From an uncultured Gemmatimonadaceae bacterium (GTDB lineage: Bacteria; Gemmatimonadota; Gemmatimonadetes; Gemmatimonadales; Gemmatimonadaceae): 64,000 bases of DNA. Numbering within the stretch: the stretch's first letter is position 1; each line of letters starts with the position of its first letter. The translations under genes and the position numbers were made by a program. Below the pieces are notes generated by a model that was not told the DNA's origin, ran no database searches, and saw only the letters and a list, made by a program, of their open reading frames with translations. Shown one piece after another: positions 22,713 to 32,222 of the stretch. The stretch spans positions 128,001-192,000 of the forward strand of contig CAWBOC010000002.1 of assembly GCA_963790305.1 (NCBI GenBank). The letters run 5' to 3'.

Positions 22713-25044
22713 CTAGAACATTCCGCTCGTCCGCCTCGCGCTGCCTCGCACGGACTGCATCACCCGGCCATACTCGTGCTGGGAGTCGATGCTGTCAGCA
22801 GCTTTCATGAAGCTCTCGCGCATCGCGGCGCTCATCTCCGGATACTTCGCGGCGAACGAGACCAGGAACGAGGCCAGCTCGAAATCGGACTCGATTCCCG
22901 ACGCGGACTCCAGCAGGCTCGTCTGCACCGCTTCGGAGTTGTCGGCGCTCTTGAGGATCGACGACAGTACGCGCCGCTGCTCGAAATCCGACTCGATCGT
23001 CCCCACTGCCTTGAAGTACGCCGTACGCGCTTCGCTCGACTCGAGGCCTCGCTTGGAGACGGCGATCAACAGCTCCGCCAGCTCGAAGTCGGACTCGATG
23101 TCGTCCGCAACCGAAAGGAGCAGCGGCATCGCGTTGGCGTCCATCGTCGCCGACTTCACCAACGTCGTCAGCACGCGCCGGGCCTCGAAATCAGACTCGA
23201 TGTTCCGCACTGCTTCCAGATACGCTTTCGATCCCGCACCAAGCTTCCCGGTTTTCCCGATCGCCAGGAGCGTCTGCGCGATCTCGTGATCGGACTCCAT
23301 CTTGCCGGCGAGCTCGAGCGCACGCCGCGTCTCGCTTTCACTGAGCGAGGGCGTTTCCTTGAACAGCGCCTCGAAGTAGCGGCGGCGAGCGTGATCGCCT
23401 GACAGCGACGCGATCTCTTTCATGACTGCCTCGACACCGCCTTCCTTGTAGAGCGACGGCACGCGGGTGTCGGCGGCGAACGCGGTGCGCCGCTCGAACG
23501 CGACGAGCACCGTCGCGAGCCAGCGGCGACCCTCATCGTCCCATGGACGCTCCACGCCATCCACGGTGAACTTCCGCGTCAAGCGACCACCGTCCTCGGC
23601 GCGAATCTCCAGGCGGCGGGTGGTCAGCGCGTCGTTCTCGGTGAGGACGAACGATCCGCCAGCCGGGAGGCTCTGCACATCCGACAGGTCATTCGCGAAC
23701 CGTACCTTCCCGATGGCGCGGATGGTGAGGTCGCAGTCGCCGGTGGAGATGTGCGCGCGCCAGGTGTCGTTTTCATCATCGCTGTTTCGCGAGATGCTCG
23801 TGTTGCCCTTTCCGGTGTAGTCGCACTGCGTCGGCTCACCGAGCAAATCGTTGGCGGTGAACACGCGCATGGGCTTGGCTGCGGCGCTCTTGCCGCGCGG
23901 CATCGCCCTGTGCTCCGCGACCAACGCCTCGGACGGTACGATCGCCGAGACGATCACCGGGAAGGTGCCGAGCGCGCGCGAAGGAACGAACGCCGCAGCA
24001 GGAATCAGGATGAGCAGCGCAACCAGCCACGTGGGAACCGCGAAGCGACGCGACACGTTGCGGCGGTTGCGGCGCTCGTCGAGAATCGCGAGCAGGCGGT
24101 CGGAGAGCTGCGAGCGACGGGCCATGCAGACGGTGGCCAGCGCCGTCGTGCGCGGAACGCGCAGGTCCCGAGCGACCTGGAGCAGGTGCGTGGCGTATTC
24201 GGATGGCCGCGCTCCAGCACGAACGACCGCATCATCACAGGCGCGCTCGCGCTCGCCGCGCAATGCACGCGACGCGAGCCACACCAGCGGGTCGAACCAG
24301 TACAGGGCGCACGCGGCCTGTGCGATGAGCTGCGTGAGACAATCGCGACGTGCTACATGCGCGAGCTCATGCAGCATGACATCACGCCGCCGCTCGGCGG
24401 GCCACTGCTCGGCGTTCGCCGGGAGCAGCACCGTTGGGTTCACGATGCCGAACGCCATGGGCATCGTCGCACGGTCGCTGGTCATGATCCGCACGCGTCC
24501 GGCCAGCCCGAGTTGTGCGGGCAGGACTGAATGCGAGCGCTCCCCAGGCTCCGCCGCTTGCGGGCTTGGCGGTTTTCGAGAGACGCCAGACCCGCACGTG
24601 ACCGAGCAGCATCGGCAGCGCGACGACGGACGCGCCGAGACACCAGAAAAGGAATGCGATCTGTCCCCAGTCACGCGGCGCGGCTGGCTCTCCGACTGAG
24701 ATCGTGCCGACGGTCGCCGGCGTGGCGGCCGGCGTCGAGGCTGACGCGAGCGCCGAGACCGATGGCGACACGGCCGCCGGAAGCGCGACGATCCGCAGCT
24801 CGGTTGGCATCGTCTCGATCTCGGTCGGCGGCAGCACGGCGACGCGCCACGCCGGGAGTGATGCCGAGAGGAGCGGAAGGGCGAGCATGCAGGCGATCGC
24901 CACCAGCCACACGAGATGACGCGCCGCAGCGGACGAGCGGCGCCAACCAATCGCCGCCGCACCCGCGAGGAGAAGCAGAGGTGCGCCGCGGAGCGCCGCG
25001 GCGAGGATGGCCTCGATCCAGGGATCCGACCACAGCTGACTCAT
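22713..25044 (-). CDS. BlaR1-like M56 metallopeptidase with C-terminal helical repeats (frameshifted near 24520-24600)
   Basis: SAAARHLVW, MPMAFG...P.VLLP, HELAHVARRD, WFDPLVW, RERACDD; IESDFE repeats. Confidence 0.85.
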
Positions 25045-25430
25045 CGTCCCTCCACCTTCGCCTGGTCGATCAGGCGTTGAAGCTGGTCCAGCTCCTCGTC
25101 GGTCATCTTCGACGCGGACATGTCGAGGAGCGCCGCGACGGCTTCCGATGCGGAGCCGTCGAAGAACGTGCGAAGTACCTGCCGCAGCGCCGACTGCCGC
25201 GCGGTGTTGCGCGGGACGGTGGGCAGGTACACATAGCGCGGGCCGTCGTGCTCGAAACGTAAATGGCCTTTCTCGAGCAGGACGCGCAGGAGAGCCCGCA
25301 CAGCGGAATATGTAGGCGGATCGGGGAGCGCTTCCATCACCTCGGCGGCCGTCGCTCGGCCACTCGCGTAAATGACGTCCATGATCTGCCGCTCTCGTCG
25401 AGAGAGGGGAGGGGTCTGGGCAGCTATCAC
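25041..25430 (-). CDS. BlaI/MecI/CopY family repressor
   Basis: LSRRERQIMDVIY, YSAVRALLRVLLEKG, FFDGS; GTG start after GAGGAG; ATGA overlap with the M56 gene. Confidence 0.9.
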   Translation of the reverse strand: MIAAQTPPLSRRERQIMDVIYASGRATAAEVMEALPDPPTYSAVRALLRVLLEKGHLRFEHDGPRYVYLPTVPRNTARQSALRQVLRTFFDGSASEAVAALLDMSASKMTDEELDQLQRLIDQAKVEGR

Positions 25431-25443
25431 GATCGCTCCTCTA

Positions 25444-25497
25444 TGTTGAAAATGCAGCACTGTGCTAGAGAATTAGCATTGCCCTGTATTTCGTCAA
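25444..25497 (-). promoter_or_regulatory. Candidate promoter with two tandem operators for the BlaI-like repressor
   Basis: TGTTG-N6-CAGCA (25444-25459) and TGCTA-N6-TAGCA (25463-25478); TTGACG -35-like hexamer on the minus strand at 25497-25492. Confidence 0.55.
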
Positions 25498-25529
25498 TAG
25501 TGCGGCGTGTAAGGTTTGTGCGAAGACGA

Positions 25530-25656
25530 GGGGTCAGGAGTCAGGAGTCAGGGGCCAGGGGGTGTCAGGTTGAAGGTGCGAGGAGCACGGCTCGCGCAAA
25601 CTCCCGTAACCTTTGCCCTGACACCCCCTGATCCCTGACTCCTGACTCCTGACCCC
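25530..25656. repeat. ~127-bp MITE/REP-like element, TCAGGAG family
   Basis: Inverted heptamer arms around a core; homologous over its full length to 59707-59832 in reverse orientation. Confidence 0.85.
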
Positions 25657-25660
25657 TAGA

Positions 25661-28099
25661 TCACTCGTACCTCAACGCCACCGCCGGCTCGACCTTCGCC
25701 GCCCGGCGCGCCGGGAGGTAGGACGCCACCAGTCCGACCGTCAGCAACACGAATGAGATCCCGATGTAGCTCATGGGATCGGTCGGGCTCACGCCGAAGA
25801 GCACCCCCGCGAGGACGCGTGTGAGCGCGAAGGCTCCCACCAGGCCGATCAGCAGACCCGTTACCGTCAGGACCACACCCTTCCGCACGACCAGGGACAG
25901 CACGTCCCGCAGCTGAGCGCCGAGTGCGACGCGAACGCCGATTTCATGCGTCCGCTGGCTTACGGCGTAGGACATCACGCCGAACACACCAACCGCCGCG
26001 AGCAGGAGGGCGATGATTCCAAAGCTCGCGAACAACATTCCGAACAGGCGCTTGTCCCAGTACGACAGCTGGGCGAGCTGGGTCATCGTCTGCACTTCGA
26101 ACAACGGGAGCGCCGGGTCCACCTCGGCAACCGCGCGCCGGAGGAGAGGTGCGAAGGCCGCCGGGTCACCGCGCACGCGCGCGACGAGCGACATCGTACG
26201 CCACGGTGAGTAGGCATACGGCACGTAGAACTGATTCTCGACCGGAATGTCGATGTCGCGAAGCTTCACCGTCGGAACGACGCCAACGACGGTGAGCCAT
26301 TGCGACTCTTCCGCCAGGCCGGTCGAGAAGCGCCTGCCTAACGCCTCCTGGTTCGGCCAGAAGCGATCGGCCATGGCCTGATTGATGATCGCGACGCGCG
26401 CGGTGCTGTCGAAGACCTCGGCGTCGGTGAACGCCCGTCCGCGTGGCTCGCGCATGCCGAACGCACGGAAATAGTCCCGTGTGATCGGGCGCCAGCTGGC
26501 GAGCGGATGCTCTCCCGGCGCCATGGGCTGCCCTTCGATCTCGAAGGACGAGCCACTGTTATTGCCTGACAACGGCAGGTAGTTGACGGCCGCGGCGGCT
26601 TCGACGCCGGGCGTATTGGCGAGACGCTCGAGGGCGGCCCGGAAGAAGGCGACGCGATTCGCCGGGTCGGGGAAGCGGTCGGTCGAGAGATAGAGACGCG
26701 TCGTAACCTGGGTGCTCGTGTCGAAGCCCGGCTCGAGGTTCCGCAGGTAGAGGAAGCTCCGCATCATCAGCGTCGCCCCGATCAGCAGCACCAGCGCAAG
26801 CGCGGTCTCGAGCACGACGAGGCCGCTGCGCATCCGGCCACGCCGCCCGCCGACGCTCGTACCGCGACCACCATCCTTGAGCGTCTCGTTGAGGTTCGGC
26901 CGTGACGATTCGAGGGCGGGCACGATGCCGAAGATGAGTCCGGTCGCGAGCGCGGTGATGGCGGTGAAGATGAGCACCCCTCGGTCGATCTTGAATTCCA
27001 TCCAGTTGGGCAGCTCCTCGGGGATCTGCGACAACACCAGGTCGTTGCCCCACACGGCGAGCAGAATCCCGACGCCGCCACCGATGACGCCGATGAGCAG
27101 GCTCTCGGTGAGCAGCTGCCGTATGATGCGTCCGCGCTTCGCACCCAATGCCGTGCGAATGGCGATCTCTTTCTGACGGGCGGTGGCACGAGCGAGCAGC
27201 AGATTCGCAACGTTGGCGCACGCGATCAGGAGCACGAACACGACTGCGCCCATCATCACCGTCACGACGAGCTTCACTTCCCCGGGAAGGAGGTGCTCGC
27301 GAATGGGGATCGCGCCGAAGCCGTGCCCGGCGTGATCGGCGGGCGATTCTTCGCCGACCCGGGCCGCGACCGCCATCAGCGCCGCGTTCGCCTGCTCCAT
27401 GGAAACGCCGTTCTTGAGACGCGCGACTCCTTCGAGATAGTGCGAGCCTCGCGGCTCGTTCGCGCGGTCCAGTGCGAGCGGGAGGAAGAGATCCTCCTCG
27501 TCGAACCACCCAAAGCGGGATGGCATGACCCCAATGATTTCCGTCGGTTGGCCATTGAGGCGAACACTTCGGCCGATGACCCCTGAATCCAGTGCGTAGC
27601 GGCTTCGCCAGAGCTCGTATCCCAGCATAACGACCCGCGGACCGCCTGGTCGGTCTTCCTCCTCGCGGAAGTGTCGGCCCAGTGCCGGACTGATGCCAAG
27701 CATGGGGAACATGTTGGCGCTTACGGTTGCCGCCTCGATCCCTTCTGCCTCGGTGGTGGTGCCACCACTCGCCGCCATTTCTTCGTAGTTGACGAAGCGG
27801 TCGGTGTAGAGGGCCACATCGTCGAAGACGTTGCGTGTCTGCTCGCGGATGTCGAGGTAGTCGAGATAGGACATTTCGCTGTCGACCCAGCCTTCCTTGG
27901 GATAGCTCTCGCCAACCGCCACGATCGCTTCCGGATCGGTGTAGGGCAGCGGACGTACGAGCATGGCATGGACGCAACTGTAGATGGTGCTGTTGATGCC
28001 GATACCGAGCGCCAGGCAGAAGATCGCGATGAAGGTGAAGCTCCGGTCACGCAGGAGAGCCCGCGCGGCGTAGCGGAGATCGCGCGACAGCGAAGTCAC
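25661..28099 (-). CDS. ABC permease with duplicated MacB_PCD/FtsX domains (ADOP-like)
   Basis: DLRYAARAL, LALGIG.N, VLLIACANVANLLL, EIAIRTALGA, RTHEIGVRVALGA, PARRAAKVEP. Confidence 0.9.
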   Translation of the reverse strand: MTSLSRDLRYAARALLRDRSFTFIAIFCLALGIGINSTIYSCVHAMLVRPLPYTDPEAIVAVGESYPKEGWVDSEMSYLDYLDIREQTRNVFDDVALYTDRFVNYEEMAASGGTTTEAEGIEAATVSANMFPMLGISPALGRHFREEEDRPGGPRVVMLGYELWRSRYALDSGVIGRSVRLNGQPTEIIGVMPSRFGWFDEEDLFLPLALDRANEPRGSHYLEGVARLKNGVSMEQANAALMAVAARVGEESPADHAGHGFGAIPIREHLLPGEVKLVVTVMMGAVVFVLLIACANVANLLLARATARQKEIAIRTALGAKRGRIIRQLLTESLLIGVIGGGVGILLAVWGNDLVLSQIPEELPNWMEFKIDRGVLIFTAITALATGLIFGIVPALESSRPNLNETLKDGGRGTSVGGRRGRMRSGLVVLETALALVLLIGATLMMRSFLYLRNLEPGFDTSTQVTTRLYLSTDRFPDPANRVAFFRAALERLANTPGVEAAAAVNYLPLSGNNSGSSFEIEGQPMAPGEHPLASWRPITRDYFRAFGMREPRGRAFTDAEVFDSTARVAIINQAMADRFWPNQEALGRRFSTGLAEESQWLTVVGVVPTVKLRDIDIPVENQFYVPYAYSPWRTMSLVARVRGDPAAFAPLLRRAVAEVDPALPLFEVQTMTQLAQLSYWDKRLFGMLFASFGIIALLLAAVGVFGVMSYAVSQRTHEIGVRVALGAQLRDVLSLVVRKGVVLTVTGLLIGLVGAFALTRVLAGVLFGVSPTDPMSYIGISFVLLTVGLVASYLPARRAAKVEPAVALRYE

Positions 28100-28833
28100 T
28101 GACTCACCTCATCGACGACGCGTCCGTCGAACAGGCTCACCGTGCGGTCCGCGTGCCGCGCATACCGGGGATCATGCGTCACCATGATGATCGTTGCGCC
28201 ATCGCGGTGGAGCTCCTGGAGGAGCCGCATCACCGATTCTCCGTTGACGGAGTCGAGGTTTCCCGTCGGCTCGTCCGCGAGCAGGAGCAGCGGCGAGCCG
28301 GCCACCGCGCGGGCGACGGCAACGCGCTGCTGCTGACCGCCAGACAGCTGCGCCGGGTAGTGCTTCATCCGGTGCAGCATCCCGACGCGATCGAGCGCCT
28401 CCTGCACACGACGCTTCCGCTCGTCGGCGGACATGTCGCGATAGGTGAGTGGCAGCTCGACGTTCTCGTAGACGGTGAGATCACCGATCAGGTTGAACGC
28501 CTGAAAGATGAATCCGATCTGCCGATTCCTCACGCGCGCGCGCTCGGCCGGCGTGAGGTTCGCCACCGGCTTGTCGTCGAGCATGTACTGCCCGTCGGTC
28601 GGCGCATCGAGCAACCCCAGAATGGAGAGCAGCGTCGTCTTGCCGCACCCGGACGGACCGGCAACGGCGACGTACTCGCCGCGCCGGATGTCGAGATGGA
28701 TTCCCGAGAGTGCGTGCGTCTCCACCTCATCGGTGAGGAACACCTTCCGGATGTTGTCGAGACGAATGAGTGGGGAGGCGCCATCGTTCGGCGAGCGAGA
28801 GTAGCTGCCAGGGGCTTCGGCGAGAGAAGACAT
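28096..28833 (-). CDS. ABC transporter ATP-binding protein (MacB/LolD type)
   Basis: GPSGCGKT, LSGGQQQR, LLADEPTGNLD, VTHD. Confidence 0.95.
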   Translation of the reverse strand: MSSLAEAPGSYSRSPNDGASPLIRLDNIRKVFLTDEVETHALSGIHLDIRRGEYVAVAGPSGCGKTTLLSILGLLDAPTDGQYMLDDKPVANLTPAERARVRNRQIGFIFQAFNLIGDLTVYENVELPLTYRDMSADERKRRVQEALDRVGMLHRMKHYPAQLSGGQQQRVAVARAVAGSPLLLLADEPTGNLDSVNGESVMRLLQELHRDGATIIMVTHDPRYARHADRTVSLFDGRVVDEVSQ

Positions 28834-28875
28834 TGGACGTCGACGAGGAGTGAGGGAGAAGCGAGGAAAGGGGGA

Positions 28876-30123
28876 TCAGTTCCGAAGCTTGAGACGCGGG
28901 GCGTCGCCGTACTGACTGAGATCCGAGAGGATGACGCGATCGCCCTCCTGGAGCCCGTCGAGAATCTCGATGGCGTTCACCGACCCTCGGCCGAATTGCA
29001 CGCGAGTGCGCGTGGCGGCGCGGCCGTCGGGCTCGAGGCGGAAGACCTCGATCGTGGTGTTCGCTTGACCGTATGCCGGGCGCCCGACGAAGAGCGCGTT
29101 AGGCAGCCGCTCGATCTCGATGGTCCCGTCGACGGTGAGATCGGGGCGGGCACCGGGCGGGAGCGCGCCATCGAGCGCGATGTCCACGCTCACCGTCCCG
29201 TTGCGTGCCGCGGGATCGATGCGCGTGACACGCCCGGCAATGACACCGTTGCGCGTGTCGATCGACGCGCGCTGCCCAATGGCGACGTCCTTCGCTTGCG
29301 TCTCGGGAACGTTGAGCACCGCCTTGAGCCGGCCGGGCTCGACGACCTTCGCCAACGTCGTCCCCGACATCGCCCACTGGCCGACCTCGAGCGGAAGCTC
29401 CTGGAGCACGCCGTCCGCGCCGGCCGTGACGCGCATGGAGGCGACCTGCTGGCGACGGAACGCGAGGATCTCGCGCAGGCGGCCGATCTGTGAGCGCTGC
29501 ACGTTGAGCTGTGCGACGATCGCGTCCGTGTGCACGCGAAGGCGCTCCTGCTCGATCCGGTATCGTGTGTCCAGCTCCTCCTGTTTGTCCTTCGCGCGCT
29601 GGAGGTCCGTGGGGGCGATGAGCTTCTTGGCGGCGAGCCCGTCACCGACTTCGACCCCGCGCTTGGCCTCGAGGTATTCCGACCGAACCGTCGCGATCAC
29701 CCCTTCCTGGTTCAGGCGCTGCGTCTCGAGCGATGCGCGGAGGTTGACCAGGGTCGCTTCGGCCTCGGTGAGCTGCCGTTGCGCCTCGAGCGCCTGGAGC
29801 TCGACATCGGGGTTCGAAAGCTCGACCAGAACCGTCGCCGCCGAGACCTTTTCGCCCGGCTCGACGTGCTTGCGCTCGACGCGGCCAGCAGTGACGGCGG
29901 CGATCCACCGGATCTGCTCAGGTACGAGCGTGCCGGGGCCGTGCACTTCGCGCAGCATTTCACCGCGTGCGACGGTATCGATCCACAGGGTCGACGCCTC
30001 GACGGTCGGCACGGCGCGGTCCAGCTGCGACAGGGCGACGGTGACGAGCACGAGCCCAAGGAGCGCGCCTCCGGCGTACAGATAGCGCCGAGTGTTGGTT
30101 TTTGGTGCGCGGGGAATGTCCAA
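28876..30123 (-). CDS. Efflux periplasmic adaptor (HlyD/MacA-like)
   Basis: N-terminal TM, lipoyl-like halves, coiled coil, GLQEGDRVILSD; TTG start. Confidence 0.9.
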   Translation of the reverse strand: MDIPRAPKTNTRRYLYAGGALLGLVLVTVALSQLDRAVPTVEASTLWIDTVARGEMLREVHGPGTLVPEQIRWIAAVTAGRVERKHVEPGEKVSAATVLVELSNPDVELQALEAQRQLTEAEATLVNLRASLETQRLNQEGVIATVRSEYLEAKRGVEVGDGLAAKKLIAPTDLQRAKDKQEELDTRYRIEQERLRVHTDAIVAQLNVQRSQIGRLREILAFRRQQVASMRVTAGADGVLQELPLEVGQWAMSGTTLAKVVEPGRLKAVLNVPETQAKDVAIGQRASIDTRNGVIAGRVTRIDPAARNGTVSVDIALDGALPPGARPDLTVDGTIEIERLPNALFVGRPAYGQANTTIEVFRLEPDGRAATRTRVQFGRGSVNAIEILDGLQEGDRVILSDLSQYGDAPRLKLRN

Positions 30124-30174
30124 AACGTGACCGGCTGACGCGAGCGGAAGGGGTGGGAACCGCCTTCCCTATAC

Positions 30175-30189
30175 GGAAGCAGCGTGCCG
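30175..30189 (-). promoter_or_regulatory. Candidate sigma-54 (-24/-12) promoter
   Basis: CGGCACGctgcTTCC versus consensus TGGCACG-N4-TTGC, about 50 nt upstream of the efflux operon; the -12 element deviates. Confidence 0.45.
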
Positions 30190-30322
30190 GGGATTCTGCG
30201 CCGGAACTCGTTATGGCTAAGGAACTTGACTAGTTCCTTTCACCCCGCGGGCGTCCGGTTCCGGGATTCGTCATCCCAATTATGGGAAAGCCTCGACGGG
30301 CAAGGCTCGTGCGGCCGGAACC

Positions 30323-31282
30323 CTACTGCGTGCCGCCAAGCTCGATCGGCCGTGCCGCGCGCTCGGGGAGCGGCAGGCCCAGGAGAGCGCCGACCGTTGG
30401 CGCGACCTGAGTGATCGTGACATCGCCGGCCAGTCGCTTTGGGGTAACTCCCTTCGCTACCAGCACGAAGGGGACAAGGTGATCCCCCGCGTGCGCGGTG
30501 CAGTGCGTATGCGTGGCGAGCTCGCCCGTGTTGCAGCCGTCACCATGGCCGCCGCCATGATCCGCGGTCACGATCAACGCGGTGTGCCCCGCCTCGACTG
30601 ATGCCGCAATCTCGCTCCACAATGTCGCAATCGCGCTGTCGACGCGTGCAAGCGCGGCGCGATAGGCGGCGGTGTGCGCGCCATCCGAGCCGATCCACCC
30701 GTAGGTGTGCCCGGCGAAGTCGGCGTCTGGAAAGTGGATGAACATCATGCGCACCAATGTGTCGGTGCGGAGCAGCTCGCTCGCGGCGCTCGCCAGGGCG
30801 GGCGCATCGCCATCGGTGGCGACCAGCGTGTCCACGCCAAAGAACGCCTGCGCCTCCGCGCGCTGAGCGGCCGGAATCAGCGACATCCCGGCGACCGCGG
30901 CCGAGCGCATGTCGGCGACGCGAGCCCACTCGAACATCGGCGTCATGCCGTTCAGGCGCATGATCGCGGCAATGCCTGCGTCCATCTCGTTCTGCGTGAT
31001 GCCATTCTGCGTGACGTCACGCCCGCTCAACATCGACAGATGCGCGGGAAGCGTGAGCGCGGGCAGGACGGTCTGCATGGCATCCGTCCACACGGCGCGC
31101 CCGGTGAGCGAGGCAACGGTGGCCAGATAGGGCAGCGCATCGGCGCGCGCGCCGTCGATCGAGATCAGGATCACGCGCTGCGCGGTCACCGGATACTCTT
31201 CGACCGGTGCCATCTTGAGCTCAGCGCACCCGGCAAGCGCGAGAGCAGCGAGCCCGGGGAACGTGCTGCGAAGAGAAGGCAT
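30323..31282 (-). CDS. Alkaline phosphatase/nucleotide pyrophosphatase family lipoprotein
   Basis: Lipobox LAGC; ISIDG, TLPAH, DFAGH, TADHG motifs. Confidence 0.85.
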   Translation of the reverse strand: MPSLRSTFPGLAALALAGCAELKMAPVEEYPVTAQRVILISIDGARADALPYLATVASLTGRAVWTDAMQTVLPALTLPAHLSMLSGRDVTQNGITQNEMDAGIAAIMRLNGMTPMFEWARVADMRSAAVAGMSLIPAAQRAEAQAFFGVDTLVATDGDAPALASAASELLRTDTLVRMMFIHFPDADFAGHTYGWIGSDGAHTAAYRAALARVDSAIATLWSEIAASVEAGHTALIVTADHGGGHGDGCNTGELATHTHCTAHAGDHLVPFVLVAKGVTPKRLAGDVTITQVAPTVGALLGLPLPERAARPIELGGTQ

Positions 31283-31364
31283 GCGTGCGACTCGAGTGAG
31301 TCGGGGGGAGGCGCGCGCATGAAGAGGACGAAGGGGCGAGAGGGGTGGTCACCTTAGGAAGGTA

Positions 31365-31456
31365 AAAGGCGCTAAAGGCGCTAAAGGCGCTAAGGGCGCT
31401 AAGGGCGCTGCAAAGGCTCAGCGCTCCTAGCGCTCCTAGCGCTTCCTAGCGCCCTT
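31365..31456. repeat. Nonamer-arm palindrome, AAAGGCGCT family
   Basis: About five AA(A/G)GGCGCT units followed by about four inverted AGCGCTCCT-like units, between divergent genes. Confidence 0.8.
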
Positions 31457-31485
31457 GAGCTCCTCTCGAATACCTTGCGCCCCGC

Positions 31486-32202
31486 ATGGCCTCCTCTCGC
31501 TTTGGAAGCGTCATTTTCGACTGCGATTCGACGCTTTCGGCGATCGAGGGCATCGAGGAGCTCGCGCACGCGCACCGAGAGGAGATCGCACGCCTCACCG
31601 AGGCGGCGATGCGCGGGGAGATTCCACTCGAGGATGTGTACGGCCGCCGCCTCGAGCTCGTTCGACCGACGCGCGAGCAAGTCGAGGCGCTTGGCGATCG
31701 CTACGTGCGAACGCTCGTCACCGACGCGCGTGAGACGATCGCTGCGCTCCTGGCCGAGGGAATCGAGGTCCGTGTGATGTCGGGCGGAATCCGTCAGGCC
31801 GTGGTGCCGCTGGCGATCGCGCTCGGCCTCACCGAGCGCGCCGTGGCGGCGGTTGACGTACATTTCGGCGCCAACGGCGAGTACGCCGGCTTCGACCGAG
31901 CGTCACCGCTTGCCCGTTCTGGCGGAAAGCGCACGGTGCTGGAACAATGGCTGCCTGAGCTGCCCCGTCCGATCTTGCTGGTTGGCGATGGCGCGACGGA
32001 TCTCGAGGCGCGTCCTCCCGCGGATACCTTCGTGGCGTTTGCTGGTGTGGTCGAGCGTCCGGCGGTAATCAATGCGGCCGACGAAGTCGTGCGAACCCCG
32101 TCGCTGGCGCCGGTCCTGGTGCTCGCGTTGGGCGGTGTCGCGCCGAGAGATCCTGCTGCTCGTGAGGTTTTTGAGTTAGGCCGCAGTCTGATGCGCACTT
32201 AA
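31486..32202 (+). CDS. serB: HAD-IB phosphatase, probable phosphoserine phosphatase
   Basis: FDCDSTL, T.AAM.GE, SGG, GDGATD; in an operon with serA. Confidence 0.8.
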   Translation: MASSRFGSVIFDCDSTLSAIEGIEELAHAHREEIARLTEAAMRGEIPLEDVYGRRLELVRPTREQVEALGDRYVRTLVTDARETIAALLAEGIEVRVMSGGIRQAVVPLAIALGLTERAVAAVDVHFGANGEYAGFDRASPLARSGGKRTVLEQWLPELPRPILLVGDGATDLEARPPADTFVAFAGVVERPAVINAADEVVRTPSLAPVLVLALGGVAPRDPAAREVFELGRSLMRT

Positions 32203-32222
32203 TTGCCCCTGACCTTTCTTGA

